Virus record (IMG/VR): IMGVR_UViG_3300028914_000001
Span: 253,489 to 317,488 of that record
DNA from: a virus
Lineage: Duplodnaviria; Heunggongvirae; Uroviricota; Caudoviricetes
Direction: 5' to 3' (one strand)
Length of the DNA: 64,000 nt
Part shown: positions 30,869 to 39,052 of the stretch, piece by piece
Layout: the number at the start of each line of letters is the position of its first letter
Position numbering within the stretch: the stretch's first letter is position 1
The notes under the pieces: model-generated
Database searches by the model: none
Told to the model about the DNA's origin: nothing
The model's input: the letters and a program-made list of their open reading frames with translations, nothing else
Translations under genes and position numbers: made by a program

Positions 30869-32173
30869 ATGGCGGAAACAGAAAACTTGCTTAAACAGGC
30901 GGTCGCATTGAGAAAAAAGATGGGGGATAATCCCACAGCGTCTATGATTTTTCAGGAACCCCCGAAAAGGCGTATTGTCAACGAACACAAGTCAGTGAAA
31001 ATCGTCCGACCGAACAGTATCAAGAAGTCGTTCAAGGTAGAGGATGCGGGTAATGCCGATGCTTCCCAGCAAGATGGCGAACCTAGATGGTTTGACCCGA
31101 ACAGGACATTCAATGAATCGAATGACACGAAACCTCATGTGACTGACGACCAGTATGATTCAATGTTCTATCACGAGAAGGGACAGACTCCTCCTAACGA
31201 CGTGCATCATATTTCTGGCGAAGAACTCGCCAGGAAGTTTTCCCAGGTTGCCGCTAACAGGGTTCCTCCCCAAGCCATGCAACAGGAACCGCCGCAGGGG
31301 TTCAATCCCCATGCCGCCATTCATCAACAGCCGCAGGCAACGGTTCCCGTTCAGCCTCCAATGGTTGCCGTACACGAGCCACCAAAGCAAACAGAGGAAG
31401 ATTTTCTTCCGCTCGACGAACTCCCGTCAAAGGGGGTGTTCTACAATGGGCCCATGCTAGCACAGCCGTTGCGACTTATCGACATGCTCATGGTCGAAAA
31501 TATGGACAACGACAATAAACTGGATTCAATTACCGAAATCCTTGACAGGCGTACACGCTGTCCGGGTGGCCCAAAACAGATTGTCACTGGAGATGAAATC
31601 TACACCTTGCAGTACCTCCGTGCATCGACTTTCCCGAAAGACCCTTACGCATGGACGAAATTCACTTGCAAGCATTGTGGAACCATCGTTGACGACCCTG
31701 GCTATAAGATAGACTTTACCAACATGAGGTTCCAAACCAATGTTGACCCGATGGAGTTGGCAGAGAAGTTCAGGGCATACGGATGTCACCCGGTAGAACA
31801 CATCGGAGGTGTTCCTGCGGTCGAAATTTATGTCAGAAGGCGTTTGCACGACTACTATTACAAGACCCAGATTGAAGAATGGAAAAAGAAGGGATTTACC
31901 CCGACGAAGCCGTATCTAGCCCTCCTTAACATGGCTCTCTTGGTGGATATTCCTGGATGCAACTCTTTGCAGGAGAACATCGAGTTCCTCGGAAACCTTA
32001 CCAAGGACGATTCCGCCATATTCTTGTCAGAACTCGCAAAATGTTCGTTCAGGACAAAGACGATGGTGGCTCATACGTGCCCGAACTGCGGAGGTGTGAC
32101 GGTGACCCCGTTCCCCTTTCGGTATTCTACATTCATTTCCTCGGTACAAATTAGAAAGTCTGCGGAAACGTAA
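30869..32173 (+). CDS. Baseplate hub assembly protein (T4 gp26-like) with two CxxC motifs
   Basis: ELPSKG.FY, GD.IY.L.YLRA.TF, CKHCG, CPNCG; start reassigned to 30869. Confidence 0.65.
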   Translation: MAETENLLKQAVALRKKMGDNPTASMIFQEPPKRRIVNEHKSVKIVRPNSIKKSFKVEDAGNADASQQDGEPRWFDPNRTFNESNDTKPHVTDDQYDSMFYHEKGQTPPNDVHHISGEELARKFSQVAANRVPPQAMQQEPPQGFNPHAAIHQQPQATVPVQPPMVAVHEPPKQTEEDFLPLDELPSKGVFYNGPMLAQPLRLIDMLMVENMDNDNKLDSITEILDRRTRCPGGPKQIVTGDEIYTLQYLRASTFPKDPYAWTKFTCKHCGTIVDDPGYKIDFTNMRFQTNVDPMELAEKFRAYGCHPVEHIGGVPAVEIYVRRRLHDYYYKTQIEEWKKKGFTPTKPYLALLNMALLVDIPGCNSLQENIEFLGNLTKDDSAIFLSELAKCSFRTKTMVAHTCPNCGGVTVTPFPFRYSTFISSVQIRKSAET

Positions 32174-32321
32174 GATTTATGTAACGGCGGAAACATCCAC
32201 GTCTGCACTGGAATGCGACCGAATGTTCTTCCCGGAGTTCATCGAGTTGAGCGATTACGTCATAGACAAGATGAAATCCCGTCGAAAAGTGAATAAAAGC
32301 AATGAAGTGACCTACGGCTGA
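32106..32321 (+). CDS. Start-less +1 frame ORF, putative frameshift extension (chaperone-like)
   Basis: Open 32106-32321 in the +1 frame, no ATG until 32223, stops inside the terminator. Confidence 0.5.
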   Translation, partial: PRSPFGILHSFPRYKLESLRKRKIYVTAETSTSALECDRMFFPEFIELSDYVIDKMKSRRKVNKSNEVTYG

Positions 32322-32340
32322 TGCCGTAGGCTTTCTTTTT
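32311..32340 (+). terminator. Intrinsic terminator
   Basis: CCTACGGC-TGAT-GCCGTAGG followed by CTTTCTTTTT. Confidence 0.8.
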
Positions 32341-32351
32341 GACCGTCGAGG

Positions 32352-32360
32352 TATAAACTA
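32352..32360 (+). promoter_or_regulatory. Putative late promoter TATAAACTA
   Basis: Perfect motif 26 nt before 32387. Confidence 0.75.
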
Positions 32361-32386
32361 TTGTTAGTTCATTACTGAGGAGTAAT

Positions 32387-33136
32387 ATGAATCCGTACAA
32401 AATCTTTGTTGAATCCATGCAGGATGCAGGCATTGATTCGACTACTATTGATGCGGTTGCTGCTATCCACAAAGCCATCTATGAGGCTGCCGAAGACGAC
32501 TCTGATGACGATAAGAAGAAAGGCAAAAAGCCAGAAAAGGACGAAAAGGAAGAAAAGGACGAAAAGGAAGAAAAGGAAGGCCCCGACGAGAATGAATTTG
32601 AAGGACCAGAGGATGACCCTCCTTCTGAAGACGATAAGTCCGATGATGTAGACGGAGCTCCTGACGAAGACCCGCCTGATTTCGAACCCGATGAAAGCCC
32701 GGAAACCGCAGCTAACGAACCGAACGCCGACGAAGGCGCCAAGGCTATCATGTACAATATCCTTACCCTCATGAATGCCAAGCAGAACGCATACCAGCAA
32801 TACCACTGGAATGCCGAAGGCAAAGCTCTCCACGAGAAGGCTCAGGAATGCTATGAGCTCTATCAGGAAACGAAGGACAAGGTGGCGGAAACATTGCAGG
32901 CTACCTACAACGAAAACATTGATTTCAAGGTATGGTCGGGCAAGATTCCTAACCTTACGGACAAGGGTGCATTCCTCGCATCAGTCGATGAAGACCTTGA
33001 CCAGATTTCCGAGTTCCGTTCCCAGCTCGAACACTTCGAGACGTTTGGCTTGAATGGAACGCTTGATGGATTCATTGATGAATTGACTGGAATCAAGTAT
33101 CACCTTATCAGGTTCTTTGAAAACAAGGACGCTTAA
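32387..33136 (+). CDS. Ferritin/Dps-like protein with shared leader and acidic linker
   Basis: YHWN....LHE...E.Y......D.VAE four-helix motif in the C-terminal half. Confidence 0.65.
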   Translation: MNPYKIFVESMQDAGIDSTTIDAVAAIHKAIYEAAEDDSDDDKKKGKKPEKDEKEEKDEKEEKEGPDENEFEGPEDDPPSEDDKSDDVDGAPDEDPPDFEPDESPETAANEPNADEGAKAIMYNILTLMNAKQNAYQQYHWNAEGKALHEKAQECYELYQETKDKVAETLQATYNENIDFKVWSGKIPNLTDKGAFLASVDEDLDQISEFRSQLEHFETFGLNGTLDGFIDELTGIKYHLIRFFENKDA

Positions 33137-33150
33137 CTAATGGTTCTATA

Positions 33151-33951
33151 ATGCGTAGAAATCCCGACATATTCGCCTTGCCGCCAGACCCGCTGCCAAC
33201 CATGCTGATGACTCGTGACGATATCACCGAGTACATCAAGGCTAGGCTTGGCTATCCTGCGACAGAGATAGAAATGGAAGTGGAAAACCGAAACGGTCTT
33301 GGGCACATTGCCATGGCAATTCAAGACTCGCTCGACTACTTCTACCGTTATATGCAGTCTGAGGCCACTTACAGCGACTACATGATTATCCAGTTGAAAC
33401 AGGGAATCATGGAGTATAGGGTTCCAGACAATGTGTACCAGCTTGTTGACTTGAACCCGAGCTACGGCAATACGTTCAGCCCGATGATGGCGTGGGATGT
33501 TGGCCCAGGCGAATCCCTTATGGGTGTTGGCGGCGCAGGTCTCGGCGGATTGGGACAGTTCGACCTTATCACCTATGCAGGCGCCCTCAGGTATCTGCAA
33601 GATGTTAAGAAATTGGTCGGAACCCAGTACAGCGTGAAGTTGCACCCGGTCGAGCACCGTATGCGTGTCTACCCGACACCGAAGACGGACAGGTTCGCAA
33701 TCGCCCGTGTCTACTTGAAGGCAAAGCAGGCGGAAGTGTTCGCAAACCCGCTGTTCAGGGACTTCGTCGTGTCCCGTGCTGGTATGCAGCTCGGTATCAT
33801 CCTCATGAAGGATACGGTCTCGCTCCCAGGTGGCGGAACGGTGAACGGGCAGACGATTTACACCACTTGGAAGGAAATCAACGACAAGAAACTCGAAGAA
33901 ATCAAGAACGAGGCTGCAAGGCCGTGCATGATGACTGACTTGTCTAACTAA
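33151..33951 (+). CDS. Neck protein (T4 gp13-like)
   Basis: YIKARLGYP..EIE, AIQDSLDYF and LPGGGTVNG motifs. Confidence 0.8.
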   Translation: MRRNPDIFALPPDPLPTMLMTRDDITEYIKARLGYPATEIEMEVENRNGLGHIAMAIQDSLDYFYRYMQSEATYSDYMIIQLKQGIMEYRVPDNVYQLVDLNPSYGNTFSPMMAWDVGPGESLMGVGGAGLGGLGQFDLITYAGALRYLQDVKKLVGTQYSVKLHPVEHRMRVYPTPKTDRFAIARVYLKAKQAEVFANPLFRDFVVSRAGMQLGIILMKDTVSLPGGGTVNGQTIYTTWKEINDKKLEEIKNEAARPCMMTDLSN

Positions 33952-33954
33952 CCC

Positions 33955-33983
33955 TTGACGGTCGTGATTGAATTATCTAAATT
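33955..33983 (+). promoter_or_regulatory. Sigma70-like promoter TTGACG-N17-TAAATT
   Basis: Canonical spacing, directly before the AGGAGG RBS of 33995. Confidence 0.5.
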
Positions 33984-33994
33984 AGGAGGACGAC

Positions 33995-34231
33995 ATGACA
34001 AGAAAAAATAGGAATACGGAAGCTACTTCCATACAGGGCGATAGCCTCCTTGAAAAGGCAGCACCCGTCATCGTAGAACCGCCAAAGCCGACGGTCGCCG
34101 ATGGAAAGGAAGCTAAGGCCGTTCCCGTGAAGAAGAAGCGTATCAGGCACCGCCAGACGGTGAAGCTCCACAACAAGAAGCTCTCTGTCTCGGTCATCTG
34201 CTCGAATCCGTATCTGAGACAGTTCTTGTAA
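33995..34231 (+). CDS. Small basic hypothetical protein
   Basis: 78 aa; AGGAGG RBS. Confidence 0.6.
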   Translation: MTRKNRNTEATSIQGDSLLEKAAPVIVEPPKPTVADGKEAKAVPVKKKRIRHRQTVKLHNKKLSVSVICSNPYLRQFL

Positions 34232-34240
34232 GGAAGTGGT

Positions 34241-34726
34241 ATGACTGACGAAACAAAGAATAAGCTCGCTGCTAGGTTGAAGGAATACTTTACATTCCTG
34301 TTTTGGGCCGATGCCGACCAAGTGAAAATCATGATGAAAGTCCTTAACGAGACTGCTGTCATGGTAAGGGTTCTTATGCCATACATGGGCTGGAACACTG
34401 AAATAAGGACGACAATTAACGGAGACCTCAATCATCTTCTCAGTGATGAATACCGTGGTAGCGAGGACCTGGGTGGGGCGTTCGACATCGTCCCGTTCAT
34501 GAGTGAAACCAAGATACTGGTGTCTACGGCGACCACATACAATGGAAAGCCGATTTCCGCCGAGTATACTATCAAGCCATTGGATGGGGCTGGTATGAGC
34601 AAGCTTGTTAACCAGACTTTCAAACAGTTTGAGGACAAGGTTCGTCGGGACATCTACGATATGAAGAAAGCGGGAACCTTTGTTGACGATGCTGTTGCAT
34701 CGGAAGATTCTTGGGAAACAGTATAA
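34241..34726 (+). CDS. Hypothetical protein
   Basis: 161 aa ORF. Confidence 0.6.
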   Translation: MTDETKNKLAARLKEYFTFLFWADADQVKIMMKVLNETAVMVRVLMPYMGWNTEIRTTINGDLNHLLSDEYRGSEDLGGAFDIVPFMSETKILVSTATTYNGKPISAEYTIKPLDGAGMSKLVNQTFKQFEDKVRRDIYDMKKAGTFVDDAVASEDSWETV

Positions 34727-34730
34727 ACTA
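34722..34730 (+). promoter_or_regulatory. Putative late promoter TATAAACTA
   Basis: Perfect motif upstream of 34804. Confidence 0.6.
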
Positions 34731-34803
34731 AATTTGATTAAGGTATCTTATGGGAAGCGAAGTTTAGGGTGAGACTATGGGAACCGACATGTAGGATGAG
34801 ATT

Positions 34804-35196
34804 ATGGGAGTTGAGAGTGCATTGCCGAGTATGATTGTGGGTGGTAACGTTATTGGTTACAGCGACCACAATGAGAACCTCTATAATGAACGTGATGTCA
34901 TAGGGGAGTTTAACCGTCGTGCAATCAACGCTCCTGGCTACGGATACAACGACATTCTTGCAACAATCGAGAAATTCAAGCAGAATCATGGATATGAGTT
35001 CCAGCCGCTAACCGAAGTGGATAAAAAGGAGCTTTATTCGTCAAGCGTTAGCACACCTGCCGGAAGCCTCTCGACTGTTGTCGATAAGGGCCCGTGCGGC
35101 ACTTCCGTAACTACTGTGCAAAATCCTCCACAACCGATGGATTCCGATGTGGCGAATGCAATGGCAATGCTCAAAGACTGCATCCTTCAAGGGTAA
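34804..35196 (+). CDS. Hypothetical late protein
   Basis: 130 aa ORF. Confidence 0.55.
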   Translation: MGVESALPSMIVGGNVIGYSDHNENLYNERDVIGEFNRRAINAPGYGYNDILATIEKFKQNHGYEFQPLTEVDKKELYSSSVSTPAGSLSTVVDKGPCGTSVTTVQNPPQPMDSDVANAMAMLKDCILQG

Positions 35197-35200
35197 AATC

Positions 35201-35398
35201 ATGAAACGAATATACATAAATAAAAACGAGGCCAAGGAAACGCCTTATGCGAGAAAATTGCGGATAGCGGAAACCGAAAATGGTAGAAAGCTGCGATGCC
35301 GTGTGGTTGAAAACAAGAAAAAGTATAAGAGAAGTCGGGAAATTCCCGACTTTAATTTTTTGTCTTGCAATTCATATTTTTTGGTGCTATATTTATAA
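35201..35398 (+). CDS. Small basic ArfA-like protein with internal terminator
   Basis: 65 aa from ATG 35201; RCRVVENKKKYKR motif; hydrophobic tail after the hairpin. Confidence 0.45.
   Translation: MKRIYINKNEAKETPYARKLRIAETENGRKLRCRVVENKKKYKRSREIPDFNFLSCNSYFLVLYL
35332..35361 (+). terminator. Intrinsic terminator inside CDS 35201-35398
   Basis: AAGTCGGGA-AAT-TCCCGACTT followed by TAATTTTTT. Confidence 0.65.
35365..35393 (+). promoter_or_regulatory. Sigma70-like promoter TTGCAA-N17-TATATT
   Basis: -35 at 35365-35370 and -10 at 35388-35393. Confidence 0.65.
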
Positions 35399-35525
35399 TA
35401 GTATTAAACCTGTTCATTTGGACAACAGGGTTAATACCGTTTAATAGCAAGATGACGGCACAATATAATCAAATTGTTAATCGTGAATAAAGCAACCAGT
35501 GGCCGTACCTCTTGTATGAGGAGAT

Positions 35526-36269
35526 ATGATAAAAAAGGAAGTGGTGTATGTAGATAAAAAAGTATTATCCGAATCATATAACAAATCACAGACATATCTA
35601 AGCGCATTAAAGACAAAACTGAATATGGAGAATACTGGCGATATAATAAATGCAATCGTAAGGATGTGCAAGAAGCTGTTGTCGAACGACAATGCAAACA
35701 ACAGGCGCCTGTATAATACATATCGAGACATCGTAATCGGCAATTACTCGCTTTATCTTATCAGAGTTTACAACAATTATGCAAAACAGTATTTACTGAA
35801 CGCAAATGACCTTGTGCATCTGCCGTATGTTTATTTCAGGTCGTTGGTAAACAATTTCGACCCTGAATGCGGCGTGTCGTTCAATTCCTATATGGTGCTA
35901 TGTCTCCACGGCTACATCAAGAAGTTCATATCGGATGAGTCCTTGGTGCATGTTAACCCGGCAAAGAAAGTAACATTGACTTATGTCGGCACGACTATGC
36001 AGGGGAAGGATGGGGATGAAATAGAATACCTACGCTCGATAGACCCTTTTGACGCCGACTCGCAGGGAAAACTGCAGTTTGCATCGAAGTTTCTTGACTC
36101 GCTATCACCAGAGATGCAGGAACTATACGGATACCTTGTGGCGATGGAATCATCCAAGGAAGCCACAGAAGTATATGCAGAATGCCATCATTGCAGCAAG
36201 GAGAAGGTTTCATTTCTCCTGAATCGAATGCGAAGGAAAATACGGATGGCATGGAGTGCCAACAAGTAA
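35526..36269 (+). CDS. Divergent sigma70-family sigma factor-like protein
   Basis: Region 2-like NDLV......LVNNFDPECGVSFNSY and region 4-like LDSLSPEMQEL...SKEKVSFLLNRMRRKIR. Confidence 0.6.
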   Translation: MIKKEVVYVDKKVLSESYNKSQTYLSALKTKLNMENTGDIINAIVRMCKKLLSNDNANNRRLYNTYRDIVIGNYSLYLIRVYNNYAKQYLLNANDLVHLPYVYFRSLVNNFDPECGVSFNSYMVLCLHGYIKKFISDESLVHVNPAKKVTLTYVGTTMQGKDGDEIEYLRSIDPFDADSQGKLQFASKFLDSLSPEMQELYGYLVAMESSKEATEVYAECHHCSKEKVSFLLNRMRRKIRMAWSANK

Positions 36270-36284
36270 TAACAGGAGGAGCAA

Positions 36285-37091
36285 ATGTCTTTATTCGGTA
36301 ACAAGAAGCTTCCGAACCCGCCTACATACCAGATACAGGATATGGTGGATGACGCAATCAACATGATAATGGCGTCTGGCTATATTTCAAGAAACAGGGC
36401 GTACCTTGAAAAGATGGAAAGGGTGTCGTTTGAATATACCCCAGAGTTGATAGCCAACTCGTTCGCCAACTATGGCGGAAACAACAGGTATCACGTTTAT
36501 ACATTCGCCGGGTTAAGTCTCCTGATATGTACTTGTGCTTCTATCTTCACGGTATACACGAAGACTCACAAGACGAATCAGGTTAAAAGGGCACTTAAAT
36601 GGTTGTTTAGCCATGCGTTGGTTGAAGACGAGGCGTACGGACAGACATGGGACTTTGTCGATGAGGTTAAGATTGAGCTATTCTACAAGAAGTTCCCCGA
36701 ATATCTTGTCAAGGAATACTATCCGCAGTATACAGAACTCGCCCGCAAGATGATTGTCTTTGTCCTTGGACATGAAATCGGTCACATCATGCTTGGGCAC
36801 TTGGACCGCACGAACCATATTCCGAACAATGTGTCCCGCAACAACGAACGCTCCTGCGACCTGTTCTCGTGCTCAATCCTGCAAGGCACTGGCGTTGGCA
36901 GCTCGTTTGTTGGAGGCCCCGTGTTCCTGACGCTCATATTCTTCTTCATGGACGACTCGAAATACCGCAACCATCAGTATGGAACCCACCCCGGCCACCG
37001 GGACAGGGTTATGAACATGGTACAGTCCTTCAAGAACGAACTCCTGTATGCAAACATATCCGAAGCGGATATTCTAAATTTGATGAGGTAA
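36285..37091 (+). CDS. M48-like zinc metallopeptidase
   Basis: VLGHEIGH...GH, NERSCD and THP...DRV motifs. Confidence 0.75.
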   Translation: MSLFGNKKLPNPPTYQIQDMVDDAINMIMASGYISRNRAYLEKMERVSFEYTPELIANSFANYGGNNRYHVYTFAGLSLLICTCASIFTVYTKTHKTNQVKRALKWLFSHALVEDEAYGQTWDFVDEVKIELFYKKFPEYLVKEYYPQYTELARKMIVFVLGHEIGHIMLGHLDRTNHIPNNVSRNNERSCDLFSCSILQGTGVGSSFVGGPVFLTLIFFFMDDSKYRNHQYGTHPGHRDRVMNMVQSFKNELLYANISEADILNLMR

Positions 37092-37095
37092 TAGG

Positions 37096-38115
37096 ATGAA
37101 CAAATTCCTATACATTTACACGTTTTATTCGACAGCCCCTTGCCGCCTCCGAAATTTCACTGCATCAATCGAACAGCTTAAAACCGTAGACCCGGAAGCC
37201 GATATTTGTGTAGTCGAACAGAATGGTCTCACCGAAATCCCCGAGACCACTTTCCATCACAAGGTCGATATCGACGATACGAAATTCCACAAGACGGAAC
37301 TCCTTAACTATGCGGTCAAGAATCATCCTGAATACACGCATTATGTCATGATTGATGCCGACTCTTGGATTGATGCGGGAGTTGTTGACAATATCCATGA
37401 GCACTGCGACGACGCACCGCTTGTATTCCCTTACGAAACCTGCGTGTATCTTACCGAGGCGCAGACCCGTCGTAAATGCCGTCATGACATGGTTGATATC
37501 CCGTTGCAATACAATAGTTCCATACCAATAACCAGGCAAACAGGTCTAATCAACTGTTTTAGCCGGGAAACGTACAATCGTGTCGGTGGGTTCGACAACG
37601 AGTTTGTCGGATGGGGTGCCGAAGACGATGCCTTCGTATATAAAATCCGCCGAGTTACGGGAACCAAGGAAATGCGTTGCAAGGGAGGAGTTGTATTCCA
37701 TCTGTGGCATCCGAAGGTCAACGACCGTTCTTATCTTGACGGGCTGCAATATAAGAAGAATAGGGCATATTGCTCATTGATTCGTCGTATGACTGATGAC
37801 GAGTTCAGACAATATTTGAACAAGGAAACTACCCTTGACACGATTTACACGAGTTTCGTGGAGCGTGGAGGTATCGAGGGCGATGCCAAGCTGAGTATTA
37901 GTCCTGACACAAGGCTTAACATAAACACGTCGATTTACTACGTTCCTAGCCTTAGGCCTACAATGACAGAATTTCTCACCGAGGTGCTTTATGAGGATGG
38001 TCCAGACTATGTAAAACATTTTGTTGACAAATATGTCAAGAAAGAAAGTGCCTACCCCGAAGTGTTGAAAGCGGTCGAAGATTTCTACGCAAAGAACGGT
38101 ATCACGGATGATTAG
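37096..38115 (+). CDS. GT-A glycosyltransferase (GT2/GT7 C-terminal domain)
   Basis: IDAD, VGGFDNEFVGWGAEDD and FHLWHP. Confidence 0.85.
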   Translation: MNKFLYIYTFYSTAPCRLRNFTASIEQLKTVDPEADICVVEQNGLTEIPETTFHHKVDIDDTKFHKTELLNYAVKNHPEYTHYVMIDADSWIDAGVVDNIHEHCDDAPLVFPYETCVYLTEAQTRRKCRHDMVDIPLQYNSSIPITRQTGLINCFSRETYNRVGGFDNEFVGWGAEDDAFVYKIRRVTGTKEMRCKGGVVFHLWHPKVNDRSYLDGLQYKKNRAYCSLIRRMTDDEFRQYLNKETTLDTIYTSFVERGGIEGDAKLSISPDTRLNINTSIYYVPSLRPTMTEFLTEVLYEDGPDYVKHFVDKYVKKESAYPEVLKAVEDFYAKNGITDD

Positions 38116-38794
38116 TCAATTTCAAGAGAATCTAGCATTGGGGGAGCAATCGGCACACAACCAGCTTGCCCTCTCGATTGCATCGGTTCGGCACGACGTT
38201 AGGTTTCACGAAGATGACTTTGCGGGCCGACTCTATGGTTTCTGTGAGGGAGGAACCCTTAGTACGCCATCATCGATGATGCGTTCTTACCGCAGGGTCT
38301 ACATCAAGTATGACTCGGAGGCGGAATACGATATTCCGTCTGGTTATCGCATAATCGAGTTTGGTGAAGGTAAAAAATATTTGACATATCCCCTTGCCGG
38401 GAACTACCACAGGTTGTTCCCCAAAGTTGACCAGACGGTCGCTTACGGAAAGCTCCGCACGTTGGAACAGGCGGAACAGTATATCGACACTTTGTGCAAG
38501 ATTGGTGGCAAAATAGTCCTTGCCAATATCGGGGAAAAAGACTATATTTACAGGATAAAGGACGCACTGGATGCAAAGGGCATCTCTGTCGTCGTCCCAC
38601 AGAACCATTCGTTCCATGTGCTTGACACTTACCTGCGTTCGTCGGCAAGGCTGGTACATTTCGGGAACGGGAACCACGGGATGATGTTCGCCAAGGGATG
38701 CTTGTATGCACAGGACGGCGTCGATTTTATCACGGACTGCGACAAGGTTGTTCCAACCGACTTGTCAGAGTTCATCAAGGAAGAACGGTTATGA
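38108..38794 (+). CDS. Hypothetical protein, possibly glycosyltransferase-related
   Basis: 228 aa coupled to the GT gene; weak Rossmann-like pattern. Confidence 0.4.
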   Translation: MISQFQENLALGEQSAHNQLALSIASVRHDVRFHEDDFAGRLYGFCEGGTLSTPSSMMRSYRRVYIKYDSEAEYDIPSGYRIIEFGEGKKYLTYPLAGNYHRLFPKVDQTVAYGKLRTLEQAEQYIDTLCKIGGKIVLANIGEKDYIYRIKDALDAKGISVVVPQNHSFHVLDTYLRSSARLVHFGNGNHGMMFAKGCLYAQDGVDFITDCDKVVPTDLSEFIKEERL

Positions 38795-39051
38795 GCGAAA
38801 AGTGCGACAAGGGTCTAATCCTGAAGATTCATATGGCAGGAATTGAACCAATCGAGTTCAGGAATGTCGGCATAGAAGTGTACGAAGGCCTGAAACGTGA
38901 CCTTGCGTCTGGACGCCCTTTCATAGAGTTCTCTGCGCTCATCCAGAAGGGTTCCGAGAGCTGTAACCAAATGTCCCTCATACCGACAGTCCATATTAAG
39001 AAAATTACGTTGGAAGAACCATCAACCGCCGAAAAGGAAGGGAGAGAGTAA
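38791..39051 (+). CDS. Hypothetical protein
   Basis: ATGA coupling at 38791. Confidence 0.55.
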   Translation: MSEKCDKGLILKIHMAGIEPIEFRNVGIEVYEGLKRDLASGRPFIEFSALIQKGSESCNQMSLIPTVHIKKITLEEPSTAEKEGRE

Positions 39052-39052
39052 A

